Shown piece by piece: positions 43,501 through 52,765 of a stretch of 64,000 nucleotides of DNA. Made by a program: the position numbers and the translations under genes. The stretch spans positions 62,001 through 126,000 of the forward strand of contig QPMI01000520.1 of NCBI GenBank assembly GCA_004431415.1. The letters are read 5' to 3'. Numbering within the stretch: the first letter of the stretch is position 1; each line of letters starts with the position of its first letter. Source of the stretch: Cyanophora paradoxa CCMP329. Its lineage: Eukaryota; Plantae; Glaucophyta. The notes beneath the pieces are model-generated. The model had not been told where the DNA came from. It saw nothing but the letters and a program-made list of their open reading frames with translations, and ran no database searches.

Positions 43501-44706
43501 ATCCCTCCAATCTACGGTAAAATCGAAAAATCCCGGCTGTAATCCATCTGGTAATAACTCTTCATCTGGTATATGTGGCTGTTCGTAATCGATGTTTGGT
43601 GGATCTAATCCATGTGGTAAAAGTTGTTCGTCGTAAGGTTCGTAGCGATCATATAACATATGGTTAGGATCAAATCCATCCGGTAATTCTTCCACGTCTT
43701 CACATTCTTTATGTTCGAGAGGTATAACATTAATATCTGGTGCTAAGAGTTCCTCAGCGGGCGGTTTGTAGTCTTTAAAAACTGGTTTATTATGGACTTT
43801 TTCCCAACTAACAAAATGATGCCCAAACGCTACCGTCTCATCTGCTGTGTATTCTCTTCCGGGTTGTTTCTTTGGTGTAAGATCTGGTGGATCCCATGGA
43901 AGTGGAAACGGAACCGGAGTAGGTCCGTAATGCTCTATGATCTCTCTTATGGTCTTTTCACTAACGAGCCGCTCCCCATTTGCATAAACATTACTACCAT
44001 GAATATTTCGCCACTGTCGGGTTCTAATACCAAGGTCTTTGGTGTTTGTTTTCAAAGGTAAAAGGTGGCGATCCATTTCGACAAGATCGGGATGTAAATG
44101 TATAGCTACTGGTTGACTGGGACTACTGTCGACTGTGATCGAATCCTTTTCTTTGGAAGTATCCGGTGGAAGAGTGAAACCAAACAGTGCGTTAGTGTTT
44201 GAATTGTTGACAATGTCCTTTGGGTAAACATTGTTGGTGTGGCGAATCTGATTCTCTTCACCATGTGGGGCTACCTGTAATATCTGAGGGATTTGTGTAA
44301 TCGCATTTGATCCTTCATTATAGATTCTCAAACCGCTACGATGAACTCCCTTCTCATCCTGGACATTAAAAACCAAACGTCCGCTATCGTAACGTGTGGG
44401 AATATCGGGATGCGTTCCACTTGCTTTAAGTTTCCGTGGTCTCCTTCTTGTTGCCTTGATCTCCGCAACCGTGTTTTTTTTTACATTCCCCAAACTGAAA
44501 GCTATACTTACATCTTCTTTCTCTGGGTCTGTTTGATTCACCGTTAAAGCATGAATTCTGGGATGCGTCTTACTGGGTTTATCGGCGCTCTGATCAATTG
44601 ACGCCGACCCTTTAATGGTGATATTATCAAAGTTAACATGCTTTGGGTTCCCTTTACCACCACTACCTGTTATGGTTTGTAAATTTGCTGGATAATTGAA
44701 ACTCAT
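40544..44706 (-). CDS. Large fibre protein with phage tail-fibre repeats
   Basis: HxHxWxDIxNKPxxFPP repeats, about six HTHTKAEITDFA repeats (41176-41400), SNIYTSN repeats, TGDYNDLINKP motifs, a ~215-aa internal duplication; natural end ...TVTIHYIAVAI* lies in the -1 frame. Confidence 0.8.
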
Positions 44707-44755
44707 CCCTGGTTACTCTAATAATAGAGATTTATTAAATTTCAATAAAGTAAAG

Positions 44756-46291
44756 ATGCCTCTAAGGGTTGTTTTAGCTTTGTCTGGCGGCGGCGCACGT
44801 GGTATTATCATAACAAGGTTGTTAAAAGAAATAGAAACAAGAACGGGTAAACGCGTTATTGATTTGGTCGACCTTGTAAGTGGAACGTCCACAGGCGGTA
44901 TTATTGCTATTGGTCTCAATGTGAAAAATCCCGAATTTCCCGATGAACCAAAATTAACAGCTACCGACCTTCATAATACTTACCTATATCATCTTCCTCT
45001 CATCTTTGCGAATCCACGGAATATCATAGAGAATGCACTTTTCAATACTAAATATGATGTATCACCATTAGAAACCGCTATTTTCTCTGTGACTGGGGAA
45101 GCTCTCATAAAAGATTCACTAAAAGATGTGGTTATTACGACGTTCGATACTGTAAGCATGAAACCAATTCTTATAGCAAACGATAACGATTACAAGACTA
45201 TACCAAGTAAGATTGCGGCACGTTCTACTTCTGCCGCTCCAACATATTTTGCTCCTGTCGATTACGAGGGGATGTGTCTAATTGATGGTGCGATATCAGG
45301 TAACAATAACCCAAGTGTTTGTGGTTACAGTCACGCAAAAAAGATATATGATAACGACGACGATATTATAGTTATTAGCATATCATGCGGTGAGGTAAAT
45401 GAAACAGACGCACCGAATGTGGGTTATTCTTACGAAAGTGTGAATACCTGGGGTATTCTTTCATGGATTGCTTCCACCTCAGGGAGTCCATTAATTAATA
45501 TGCTAATGGCTGCAAGTGAATTATCGGCTCTTGAAAAGATGCAAGAGTTTTTACCGTATAATGATGACCAAGGATACGCCCGATACTACCGTATCTCTGT
45601 GCCGCTTCCGAAGGATATCTTAAACTCCCTCGATGATACTTCTAAGATTCCGGACATGATCGCGGCGACTGAAACGTATATACAAGCAAACGACGCCATG
45701 ATAGATCGACTCTGTCAGTTACTTGTAACAAATTATGAGATTAAGAACCCTGTCAGATCCTATGTATCATCCACTCTCAATAACATACCTCCTATCGATG
45801 CTAATTGGTATCTTCTGTCAGATAATGCGTTTACCGCTTCTTCTGCAAAATTCGGAAAAGAGGCATTTAAAGCCCGCCCATCATTAACTGGATGGGAAGC
45901 GAATGCATCCGCAATTAACGGAGTATGGGAAACGCCAACTGAATATTTGCAAATAGCCTTCCCATATACATTTGAGGTCGCTTCTATAATTGCATATGGT
46001 TCAGGTATAACAACTGCGTTTATTAAGACTTTCAATGTTGCGACATCGCAAGATGATATAACATGGTCATTTATCAAATATGAGGGTGTAAATAGAATGT
46101 TTGTATGTGAGAATATAAATAATGCTAATAACTCTGGGGATGTATCATATGCTATGGGGTTCCCACTTTCGGTAAACGATGTATTTTACATAGGTTATCC
46201 ATTGAGAACACGATATATACGTATTTATCCTTTGGTATATATAAATGCCCCGACTATGAGAGTCGATGTAACGGGCGCATTTATACGATAG
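44756..46291 (+). CDS. Patatin-like phospholipase fused to an F5/8 type C (discoidin) domain
   Basis: GGGARG, GTSTG nucleophile elbow, TSAAPTYF, DGA; C-terminal FTASS...EYLQI...TRYIRIYP....APTMRVDV.G. Confidence 0.9.
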   Translation: MPLRVVLALSGGGARGIIITRLLKEIETRTGKRVIDLVDLVSGTSTGGIIAIGLNVKNPEFPDEPKLTATDLHNTYLYHLPLIFANPRNIIENALFNTKYDVSPLETAIFSVTGEALIKDSLKDVVITTFDTVSMKPILIANDNDYKTIPSKIAARSTSAAPTYFAPVDYEGMCLIDGAISGNNNPSVCGYSHAKKIYDNDDDIIVISISCGEVNETDAPNVGYSYESVNTWGILSWIASTSGSPLINMLMAASELSALEKMQEFLPYNDDQGYARYYRISVPLPKDILNSLDDTSKIPDMIAATETYIQANDAMIDRLCQLLVTNYEIKNPVRSYVSSTLNNIPPIDANWYLLSDNAFTASSAKFGKEAFKARPSLTGWEANASAINGVWETPTEYLQIAFPYTFEVASIIAYGSGITTAFIKTFNVATSQDDITWSFIKYEGVNRMFVCENINNANNSGDVSYAMGFPLSVNDVFYIGYPLRTRYIRIYPLVYINAPTMRVDVTGAFIR

Positions 46292-46461
46292 AAAAAAGAG
46301 GGAATTTTTCCGATTTTTTGATTATATATGTATATGTATATATAATAATATTATTTATTTTTTTTCCAAACATTTTTTTCTCGTTCAAACGGCATTACGG
46401 AGGTTTTGGTATATATAGTGTAAATATGTCGTGTATATATGGTGTATATATGTCGATTTGT

Positions 46462-46599
46462 CCCCGGGTTGTAATTTTTTTCTGATTACAACCGGGGAAG
46501 AACTATGACAACCCGGGGGCAAGTTCAATTACAACCCGGGAAGAAGTTCGATTACAACCGGGGGAAGATGTGAAATTTTGGGTTCCGGAACCCAAAATT
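46462..46599. repeat. Intergenic iteron-like array plus perfect 26-bp palindrome
   Basis: Four direct (T/G)ACAACC(C)GGG units at ~21-23-bp spacing, one inverted copy at 46462-46475, and AATTTTGGGTTCCGGAACCCAAAATT at 46574-46599. Confidence 0.85.
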
Positions 46600-46700
46600 C
46601 CAAGAAATTCATACAAACTGCTATAACTCTTCACCAACTCATCGCCTTTCAAAACCGCGACCATCGCCGGAATCCTCTTTTCATCCTCTACGCATCTAAG

Positions 46701-48416
46701 CTACTTCCGGGAACTGGATCGTAGATTTACGCGGGTTTGAGGTGCTGTATATGTCTCTTTTGAGGTCTGGAAGTCTGTATACCATCTCTGGCTGTTGACC
46801 TCTGATAGCTTCTGGGTTCCTGCTATGACCAACTTCTTAATTTCACGCTCCGCCTTCCCTTTCTTCTTAGTTCTGGCTTGTGTTAGCGGTTCTTCTGGGA
46901 CATCATCCGCTTTTTCGATGCCTTCCTTTCGTATCGCCGAATCTATCCGGGCTTCTTCTTTGGCTTGCTCTAATGCATCACCTGTGGGCGCCTCATGATA
47001 CTCTACACCTTTGATAGGTAACAGTTCGTGGAAAGCAAACCTCCCATCGACCATTTCACCATTCGGATTTCGTAATCGAAACTTAAAACCCTCTCTACCC
47101 TCGACAACCGCGTCCTTGGTGGAGTGGTAGAGCGCCGCACTCTCCATTCTTGAGCCTCTGGGTTCGAATCCAGGCCGGCCGAAGCAATCCCGCTTCGAAT
47201 CCCAGTGTGGTCGTTGGGGGGTTTGATGGTAACCCAACGCTGGGCGGACCCCATAGCCGCACCCAGTGGACCCGAAAGGCCGAAGGTGGGGGCGGTCCTG
47301 TGCGTTCCCATAAGAACACGCGCATAGGGAGAAGGCTGTGCGAGGAAGGGTAATCGCCCCAGTACGGCCCGGCCCGAGAACCCCTAAGGGGAGCAAATTT
47401 TTTTTTTCTCTACCCTCGACAGTATAAACGATCCGCGACCAATTGACACCCTGTTTAGCGAATGGGTTCTTTTCTATTCTCACCCGCACAAACATACCCT
47501 TTTGAATACCATCTAAGTAAGCCATCGACTTCTTAAACTTCTCGTCTTCTAAACCTATGATCTCTCTATAATGCTCATCTGTGGTTTCTGCGGGTTTTCT
47601 CTTAGTCGCTGAATGGACAGTATGGTTATAATTATACTCAATGTCACCCAATACATCAAAGAATCGCGCCGTGTTATTTGCTATGCAATAGTTCGTAATA
47701 AGCCGCTTGATCTGCTTGTTAAACGCTTCTATTCTACCCTGACTCCGATGATCTGCGACATCGCTAATCTGATGGTCGATGAACTTCTTAGCAAGGTAAT
47801 TAGTAAACATAGTATTAGTAAATTCGCTCCCGCTATCACTTTGGACACGTGCAATTGGTCGCGGAACTCTCTTTTGTAATTGTTCGAATGCGGCAAGAGT
47901 CGTAATAGCGCTCTTGTCTCTCATCGGAATAATATAACCTGTTCTAAGCGTTGATTCCATAGCCGACATAAACGTATCGTATCCGTCATTTTGCTTCTTA
48001 TAAGCTGGGAAAAACAGAAGATCGATAACATAGGTATCGAGAGGTTGCCTAATTGGTATCATCGGGTCTCTCTTTCTTGAAAGGGTAGGCGCGTTAATCT
48101 GAACAACTTCCTGTTTATCATACCATTCTTTCATCTTCTTATAGTCTTCATCTGGTAGTTCTTTCCTCATAGCTCCGAAACCCTTGTAACCGGTGCGCGG
48201 ATCGTAAAACTTCTTAGCAATCTTAGATTCTTTCGTTACAGTCTCAGTAGGCAATGCCTCCGGAATCAGTTCTTTAACTATCTCAGACTTCTTTAAAATT
48301 CGTGTGGTTTTCTGTTCTATCGGAATGGTTATAGGTAGCATGTTACCCTGATCTTCTTTCATGCTCTTCTTTACGATCTTAGGAATGGGTCTTAAACCTA
48401 TCTGTGCGGAAGGCAT
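46701..48416 (-). CDS. int: Retroviral-like (rve/DDE) integrase with an in-frame 105-codon SINE insertion
   Basis: YVIDL, VQSDSGSEF and GRIEAFNK (intact D,D,E), YNHTVHSATKRKP; duplicated VEGRE peptide marks the insertion. Confidence 0.93.
   Translation of the reverse strand: MPSAQIGLRPIPKIVKKSMKEDQGNMLPITIPIEQKTTRILKKSEIVKELIPEALPTETVTKESKIAKKFYDPRTGYKGFGAMRKELPDEDYKKMKEWYDKQEVVQINAPTLSRKRDPMIPIRQPLDTYVIDLLFFPAYKKQNDGYDTFMSAMESTLRTGYIIPMRDKSAITTLAAFEQLQKRVPRPIARVQSDSGSEFTNTMFTNYLAKKFIDHQISDVADHRSQGRIEAFNKQIKRLITNYCIANNTARFFDVLGDIEYNYNHTVHSATKRKPAETTDEHYREIIGLEDEKFKKSMAYLDGIQKGMFVRVRIEKNPFAKQGVNWSRIVYTVEGREKKNLLPLGVLGPGRTGAITLPRTAFSLCACSYGNAQDRPHLRPFGSTGCGYGVRPALGYHQTPQRPHWDSKRDCFGRPGFEPRGSRMESAALYHSTKDAVVEGREGFKFRLRNPNGEMVDGRFAFHELLPIKGVEYHEAPTGDALEQAKEEARIDSAIRKEGIEKADDVPEEPLTQARTKKKGKAEREIKKLVIAGTQKLSEVNSQRWYTDFQTSKETYTAPQTRVNLRSSSRK
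47107..47406 (+). mobile_element. tRNA-derived SINE (300 bp) with T-tail and 15-bp TSD
   Basis: A box TGGTGGAGTGG, B box GGTTCGAATCC, GC-rich structured body, terminal T run; TSD TCTCTACCCTCGACA at 47092-47106 and 47407-47421. Confidence 0.88.
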
Positions 48417-48460
48417 CTTTACCTTATTTCCGTAATTTAATTTTTCTATATAATTCATAA

Positions 48461-48862
48461 ATGAACCATCGGGGCTTTCATGTGATGTTAGATTACAAGT
48501 TTTCGAATCCGCTAATTACGGGAGTGGACAACTTAGAGACCACAACAAAATGGTTAATGCACTTTTTACAAGATATTATACAAGAGCAAGGTATACGAGT
48601 AGTTCACAAGCATTACGAGATTTTCGATGGTGGTCTTTCACCTCCTGGTTTTACATTAGTTCTCCTATTAGATGAGAGTCATTGCACCGCTCATTGTTAC
48701 TCAGACGAGGGCATGTTAGCAATCGATATATTCAGTTGCGGAAGGGATGCGGAGCGAAAGACATGTAATATATCATCGTTAATAGAAGAGAGGATAATAG
48801 GTATCTTTGGTGGATCTCCGCATACGGAGAGACATAAAGTATCGAGATTTCCGACACGGTAA
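48461..48862 (+). CDS. speD: Prokaryote-type pyruvoyl-dependent S-adenosylmethionine decarboxylase family proenzyme
   Basis: G.HVMLD, PPGFTLVLLLDESH (self-cleavage site), HCY.DEG.LAIDIFSCG; 133 aa. Confidence 0.88.
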   Translation: MNHRGFHVMLDYKFSNPLITGVDNLETTTKWLMHFLQDIIQEQGIRVVHKHYEIFDGGLSPPGFTLVLLLDESHCTAHCYSDEGMLAIDIFSCGRDAERKTCNISSLIEERIIGIFGGSPHTERHKVSRFPTR

Positions 48863-49842
48863 TAAGTGGTAAAAGAAGATGTAACAGGTTAATTAATTGT
48901 GATTCAGTGTAGTGTAACAGGTGTAACAGGTTCTCCCCAAAGTTCCAAGCCGCCGACCTCCTCCTAGGGGAAAGTTTGGGATGAACCCGTTACACCTGTT
49001 ACACTAACCATTATCAGTAAGAACCCATTAAAATAACATAATATCAGTCATAAATAATCATAAAGTATCATCAAGTATCATATATTAACCTTGTTGTATT
49101 ATACATCCCGCGTTCCATGCAGCACATTGTAGTTGTTTACGTTGTAACGGGTGTAACAGGTTCTCCCCAAACTCGGGAATCCATGACCCCCTCCTAGTAG
49201 CCCAATTTGGGATAAACCTGTTACACCTGTTACACATAGAAAATACCATTATAATAACATAAGATATATCAATTATCATAAAGAATACTATGTTATCATT
49301 ATTATATTACACGTCCCGCGCTCCATACAGCACATTGTAGTTGTTTACGTTCTAATGCGGCACCATATCCGCTCCATATCATCATCGCATTATATCCAAA
49401 AGAACATTTTATTATTTTTCGACGGAATTCCGTTAGAATTTCACACATATTTTATACATATTTATTACGATCATTAATACATATTTTACATATAATGCAT
49501 ACAAATATTATTTCCATATCATTATACACGATAATGCGTAATATCACACATAGACAATGCCCGCGTTTTATCAGGAGGCGTGATATAATTTATCTAAGTT
49601 TAAAATCCACCTCAAATACAAGTGATTACGAGAGATAGAGGTAAAATACATCAGAGATACGAGTAAATTAATTTTCAGTAAGGGTAACATTTGTAATTTA
49701 TATGAGATACGCACATAAAAGACAAGAATAAAGGATAAAATACACATAAATTATCGTAAAATATGCAAGAAATATAGGTAAAATATAAACAAATTATAAT
49801 TAAACTTAGCCGAGGGATAAAACGCGGGCATTGTCTATGTGT
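48752..49842 (-). repeat. Right terminal inverted repeat (1091 bp)
   Basis: Reverse complement of 21331-22421; overlaps the last 111 bp of speD. Confidence 0.96.
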
Positions 49843-50022
49843 AGCAATGGGGCGGACATCCTGGATCGTGAACTTATCCTGGACAGTCGCATCGTTCGAG
49901 GGCAGGCCATTATCCACCGGCACGACCTCAATGGCCGGCGTCACATCAATCTGCCTGCACGCGCACCCACCCATCTCACCGACCCCGTCGAGCATGCGCA
50001 GTCTTACATCTTCGACTTTACG

Positions 50023-51780
50023 TCACCATCCACAACGCCAAACTGGCTGAGAAGTGCGTGCGGCCCGCCTCGCGAGCGGAAGTGAGCGAGTACTTACGCT
50101 GTGACAGGCTGCTGGAGCTCAGCAAGGCTCGCAAACTCCAGTTCCAGACATGCCCCATCACCATGAGCCCCGTCGACGCTGCGCCGCCGCTCCACAAGTG
50201 TGCACAGTTCACCCTGGCCGTACACCAAGATACGGCAGCGCTACCGGTACGTGTAATGCAAACTGGCGCAAGAAGCACTCCTTTATCAAAAGGACTGATG
50301 GTTTTCACAGCTCTCGGAGATCATCAAGAGCGTGGCGCAGGACGACCGAGAAGTGGCGCTGATCTACAACTTCTGCACGTACGACGTCGGCAAAACGACG
50401 CCGCCAGCCGAGGTCCTCCAGGTCCTTGTCCACGAAGACAAGGCCGCGGCCTGGGAGGCGGCGATGAGCCCGGCAGCAGCAGGAACGGGTCACCCGAAGT
50501 ACGAGACGCTCAAGTATTCGGTGAGCATTGGCGACCCGGCGCGCGAGGGCACGCTCTGGCGGGTGCGGCCGCCGGAGGACCTCGCGGCGCGCCGGCGCTT
50601 CCGCAAGAACCTGGTGGGATGCAAGCGCCACCGCCTCCTCGCCCATTTTGCGCATCGGAACGCAGATTGCCCAGGCCGGGGCTGGCAGCCTACGGTCGTG
50701 CAGCCGGACCCGGCGTCGGCGCAGCCAGCCGCAGCCGCGGCGGCAGAGAACGATCCCCTCGCCGCGGCGGCGGCGGGGCAGGCAGCGCGGCACCGGGCTC
50801 CAACCCGGCGGGGCGAGGCGGCTGCGGGGGTGGCCGCGGGCAGAACCGCGGGCCCCGCCCGGGGGCAGGCGGGGCTGGTGCTGGGCGCGGCGCGGGCGGC
50901 AAGCGCACAACGGAGGCACCGGACCCCCGGGACGCCTTCTTCTCCAAGCGCCCGCGGGCCCTCGCCCCGTTCAACCCGCCGGTGCCGGCCTGGGGCCCCC
51001 CCACCCGGACGGCGACGGCGGCGGATCTAGCCTCGGTGATCGCCGGGGTCCCGGTGCAGGACGGGGCCTGGCCGCCCCTGGTCCCGGAAGCTGCCTCGGC
51101 GGCGGAGGGACCGCCGGGGCGCGGGCGAGCGACCCGGGGCCGTGGCCGTGGCCACGGCGGGGGCTCGCACAGCGAACAGCGCCAGCAGGCTGGGCAGGAG
51201 CCGGGTTTCCATTTCTCCCCCCCAGTTCAGGGGGGTCTCCCGGGCTTCACAATGCCAACTTCCTCGCTGCAGCTCGCGCAGCAGATGCAGGTTAATCAGG
51301 CGATGGCGATGTTTCTTGGCGCCTCCCTAGCCGCCCAGCAGCAAGGGCGCAGCTAAGCTGTAGGACTAGTACAGTTCAGTACAAGTACCTGTACTGACCA
51401 AGTGCAGCCGGGGGCACGATAGCGCGCCACTGCGTCGGGGAGGGGGGGGCCAGGGTGGGGTGGGATAGGAAGCAGGAGGGGCGGAAGAAGTGGAACCGGA
51501 GTGCCCAGCCATGGTGGAGGCGTGACCCTCTCTGAACAACCGCTCCTATCGGGAGCGGAGGCACCAAGTTCCCCTCCTTCCACTACCTTCTTCTTCTATC
51601 CCTCTTGCCCAGCTTATCCTCCTCATCCCGTAGAGATAGGTCCAGTAGAACGTAGCTATAGAATAGAATTATAGAGCACAGCACTCGACGGTCCTTGGAT
51701 AGAACCCAGTCGGAGAGGTTTATTTGGGCGATGTGAAACTCCTAGTAGTTGTTGTTGTGTGCTAATGCAAATCATTCGGA
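50023..51780 (+). mobile_element. 1758-bp insert (probable 5'-truncated mobile element) between two copies of a 985-bp duplication
   Basis: Begins mid-reading-frame; intron 50247-50310 joins two frames; Cys/His cluster CKRHRLLAHFAHRNADC and RG-rich tail ending at 51356; then a ~420-bp 3' region. Confidence 0.5.
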
Positions 51781-52765
51781 ATAATATCAGTCATAAATAA
51801 TCATAAAGTATCATCAAGTATCATATATTAACCTTGTTGTATTATACATCCCGCGTTCCATGCAGCACATTGTAGTTGTTTACGTTGTAACGGGTGTAAC
51901 AGGTTCTCCCCAAACTCGGGAATCCATGACCCCCTCCTAGTAGCCCAATTTGGGATAAACCTGTTACACCTGTTACACATAGAAAATACCATTATAATAA
52001 CATAAGATATATCAATTATCATAAAGAATACTATGTTATCATTATTATATTACACGTCCCGCGCTCCATACAGCACATTGTAGTTGTTTACGTTCTAATG
52101 CGGCACCATATCCGCTCCATATCATCATCGCATTATATCCAAAAGAACATTTTATTATTTTTCGACGGAATTCCGTTAGAATTTCACACATATTTTATAC
52201 ATATTTATTACGATCATTAATACATATTTTACATATAATGCATACAAATATTATTTCCATATCATTATACACGATAATGCGTAATATCACACATAGACAA
52301 TGCCCGCGTTTTATCAGGAGGCGTGATATAATTTATCTAAGTTTAAAATCCACCTCAAATACAAGTGATTACGAGAGATAGAGGTAAAATACATCAGAGA
52401 TACGAGTAAATTAATTTTCAGTAAGGGTAACATTTGTAATTTATATGAGATACGCACATAAAAGACAAGAATAAAGGATAAAATACACATAAATTATCGT
52501 AAAATATGCAAGAAATATAGGTAAAATATAAACAAATTATAATTAAACTTAGCCGAGGGATAAAACGCGGGCATTGTCTATGTGTAGCAATGGGGCGGAC
52601 ATCCTGGATCGTGAACTTATCCTGGACAGTCGCATCGTTCGAGGGCAGGCCATTATCCACCGGCACGACCTCAATGGCCGGCGTCACATCAATCTGCCTG
52701 CACGCGCACCCACCCATCTCACCGACCCCGTCGAGCATGCGCAGTCTTACATCTTCGACTTTACG
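51781..52765 (+). repeat. Direct duplicate of 49038-50022 (outer 805 bp of the right TIR plus 180 bp of host flank)
   Basis: Constant offset of 2743 bp; identical ORF translations (49085/51828, 49675/52418); identity ends after TTCGACTTTACG. Confidence 0.95.

Larger units (their letters stand above)
21331..49842. mobile_element. Complete endogenous Polinton-like virus / Maverick-type element (28,512 bp)
   Basis: 1091-bp TIRs, 6-bp TSD AGCAAT (21325-21330 and 49843-49848), termini ACACATAG...CTATGTGT, abrupt switch to AT-rich intronless DNA, and MCP, pentons, ATPase, pPolB and rve integrase genes. Confidence 0.96.

Noticed and set aside
46500-46703. Stop-codon readthrough extension of the integrase
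   Set aside because: The frame stays open for about 65 codons after TAG but runs into the repeat array and shows no chromodomain or other motif.
47110-47185. Functional tRNA gene
   Set aside because: A and B boxes are present but acceptor and anticodon stems do not pair; it continues into a 300-bp TSD-flanked unit, so it is a SINE head.
47334-47369. Group II intron domain V-like hairpin or ribozyme in the SINE
   Set aside because: The lower stem resembles DV, but the triad is GGC, the upper stem and loop do not fit, and no hammerhead or HDV core could be traced by eye.
21331-49842. Classification as a canonical virophage (Lavidaviridae) or bacterial prophage/contaminant
   Set aside because: No maturation cysteine protease recognised and the MCP is shorter than typical virophage MCPs; the TSD and an interrupted spliced gene show true integration in the eukaryotic chromosome.
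50023-51780. Helitron
   Set aside because: Starts with TC but lacks a terminal CTRR with hairpin at the junction, and Helitrons do not duplicate targets.
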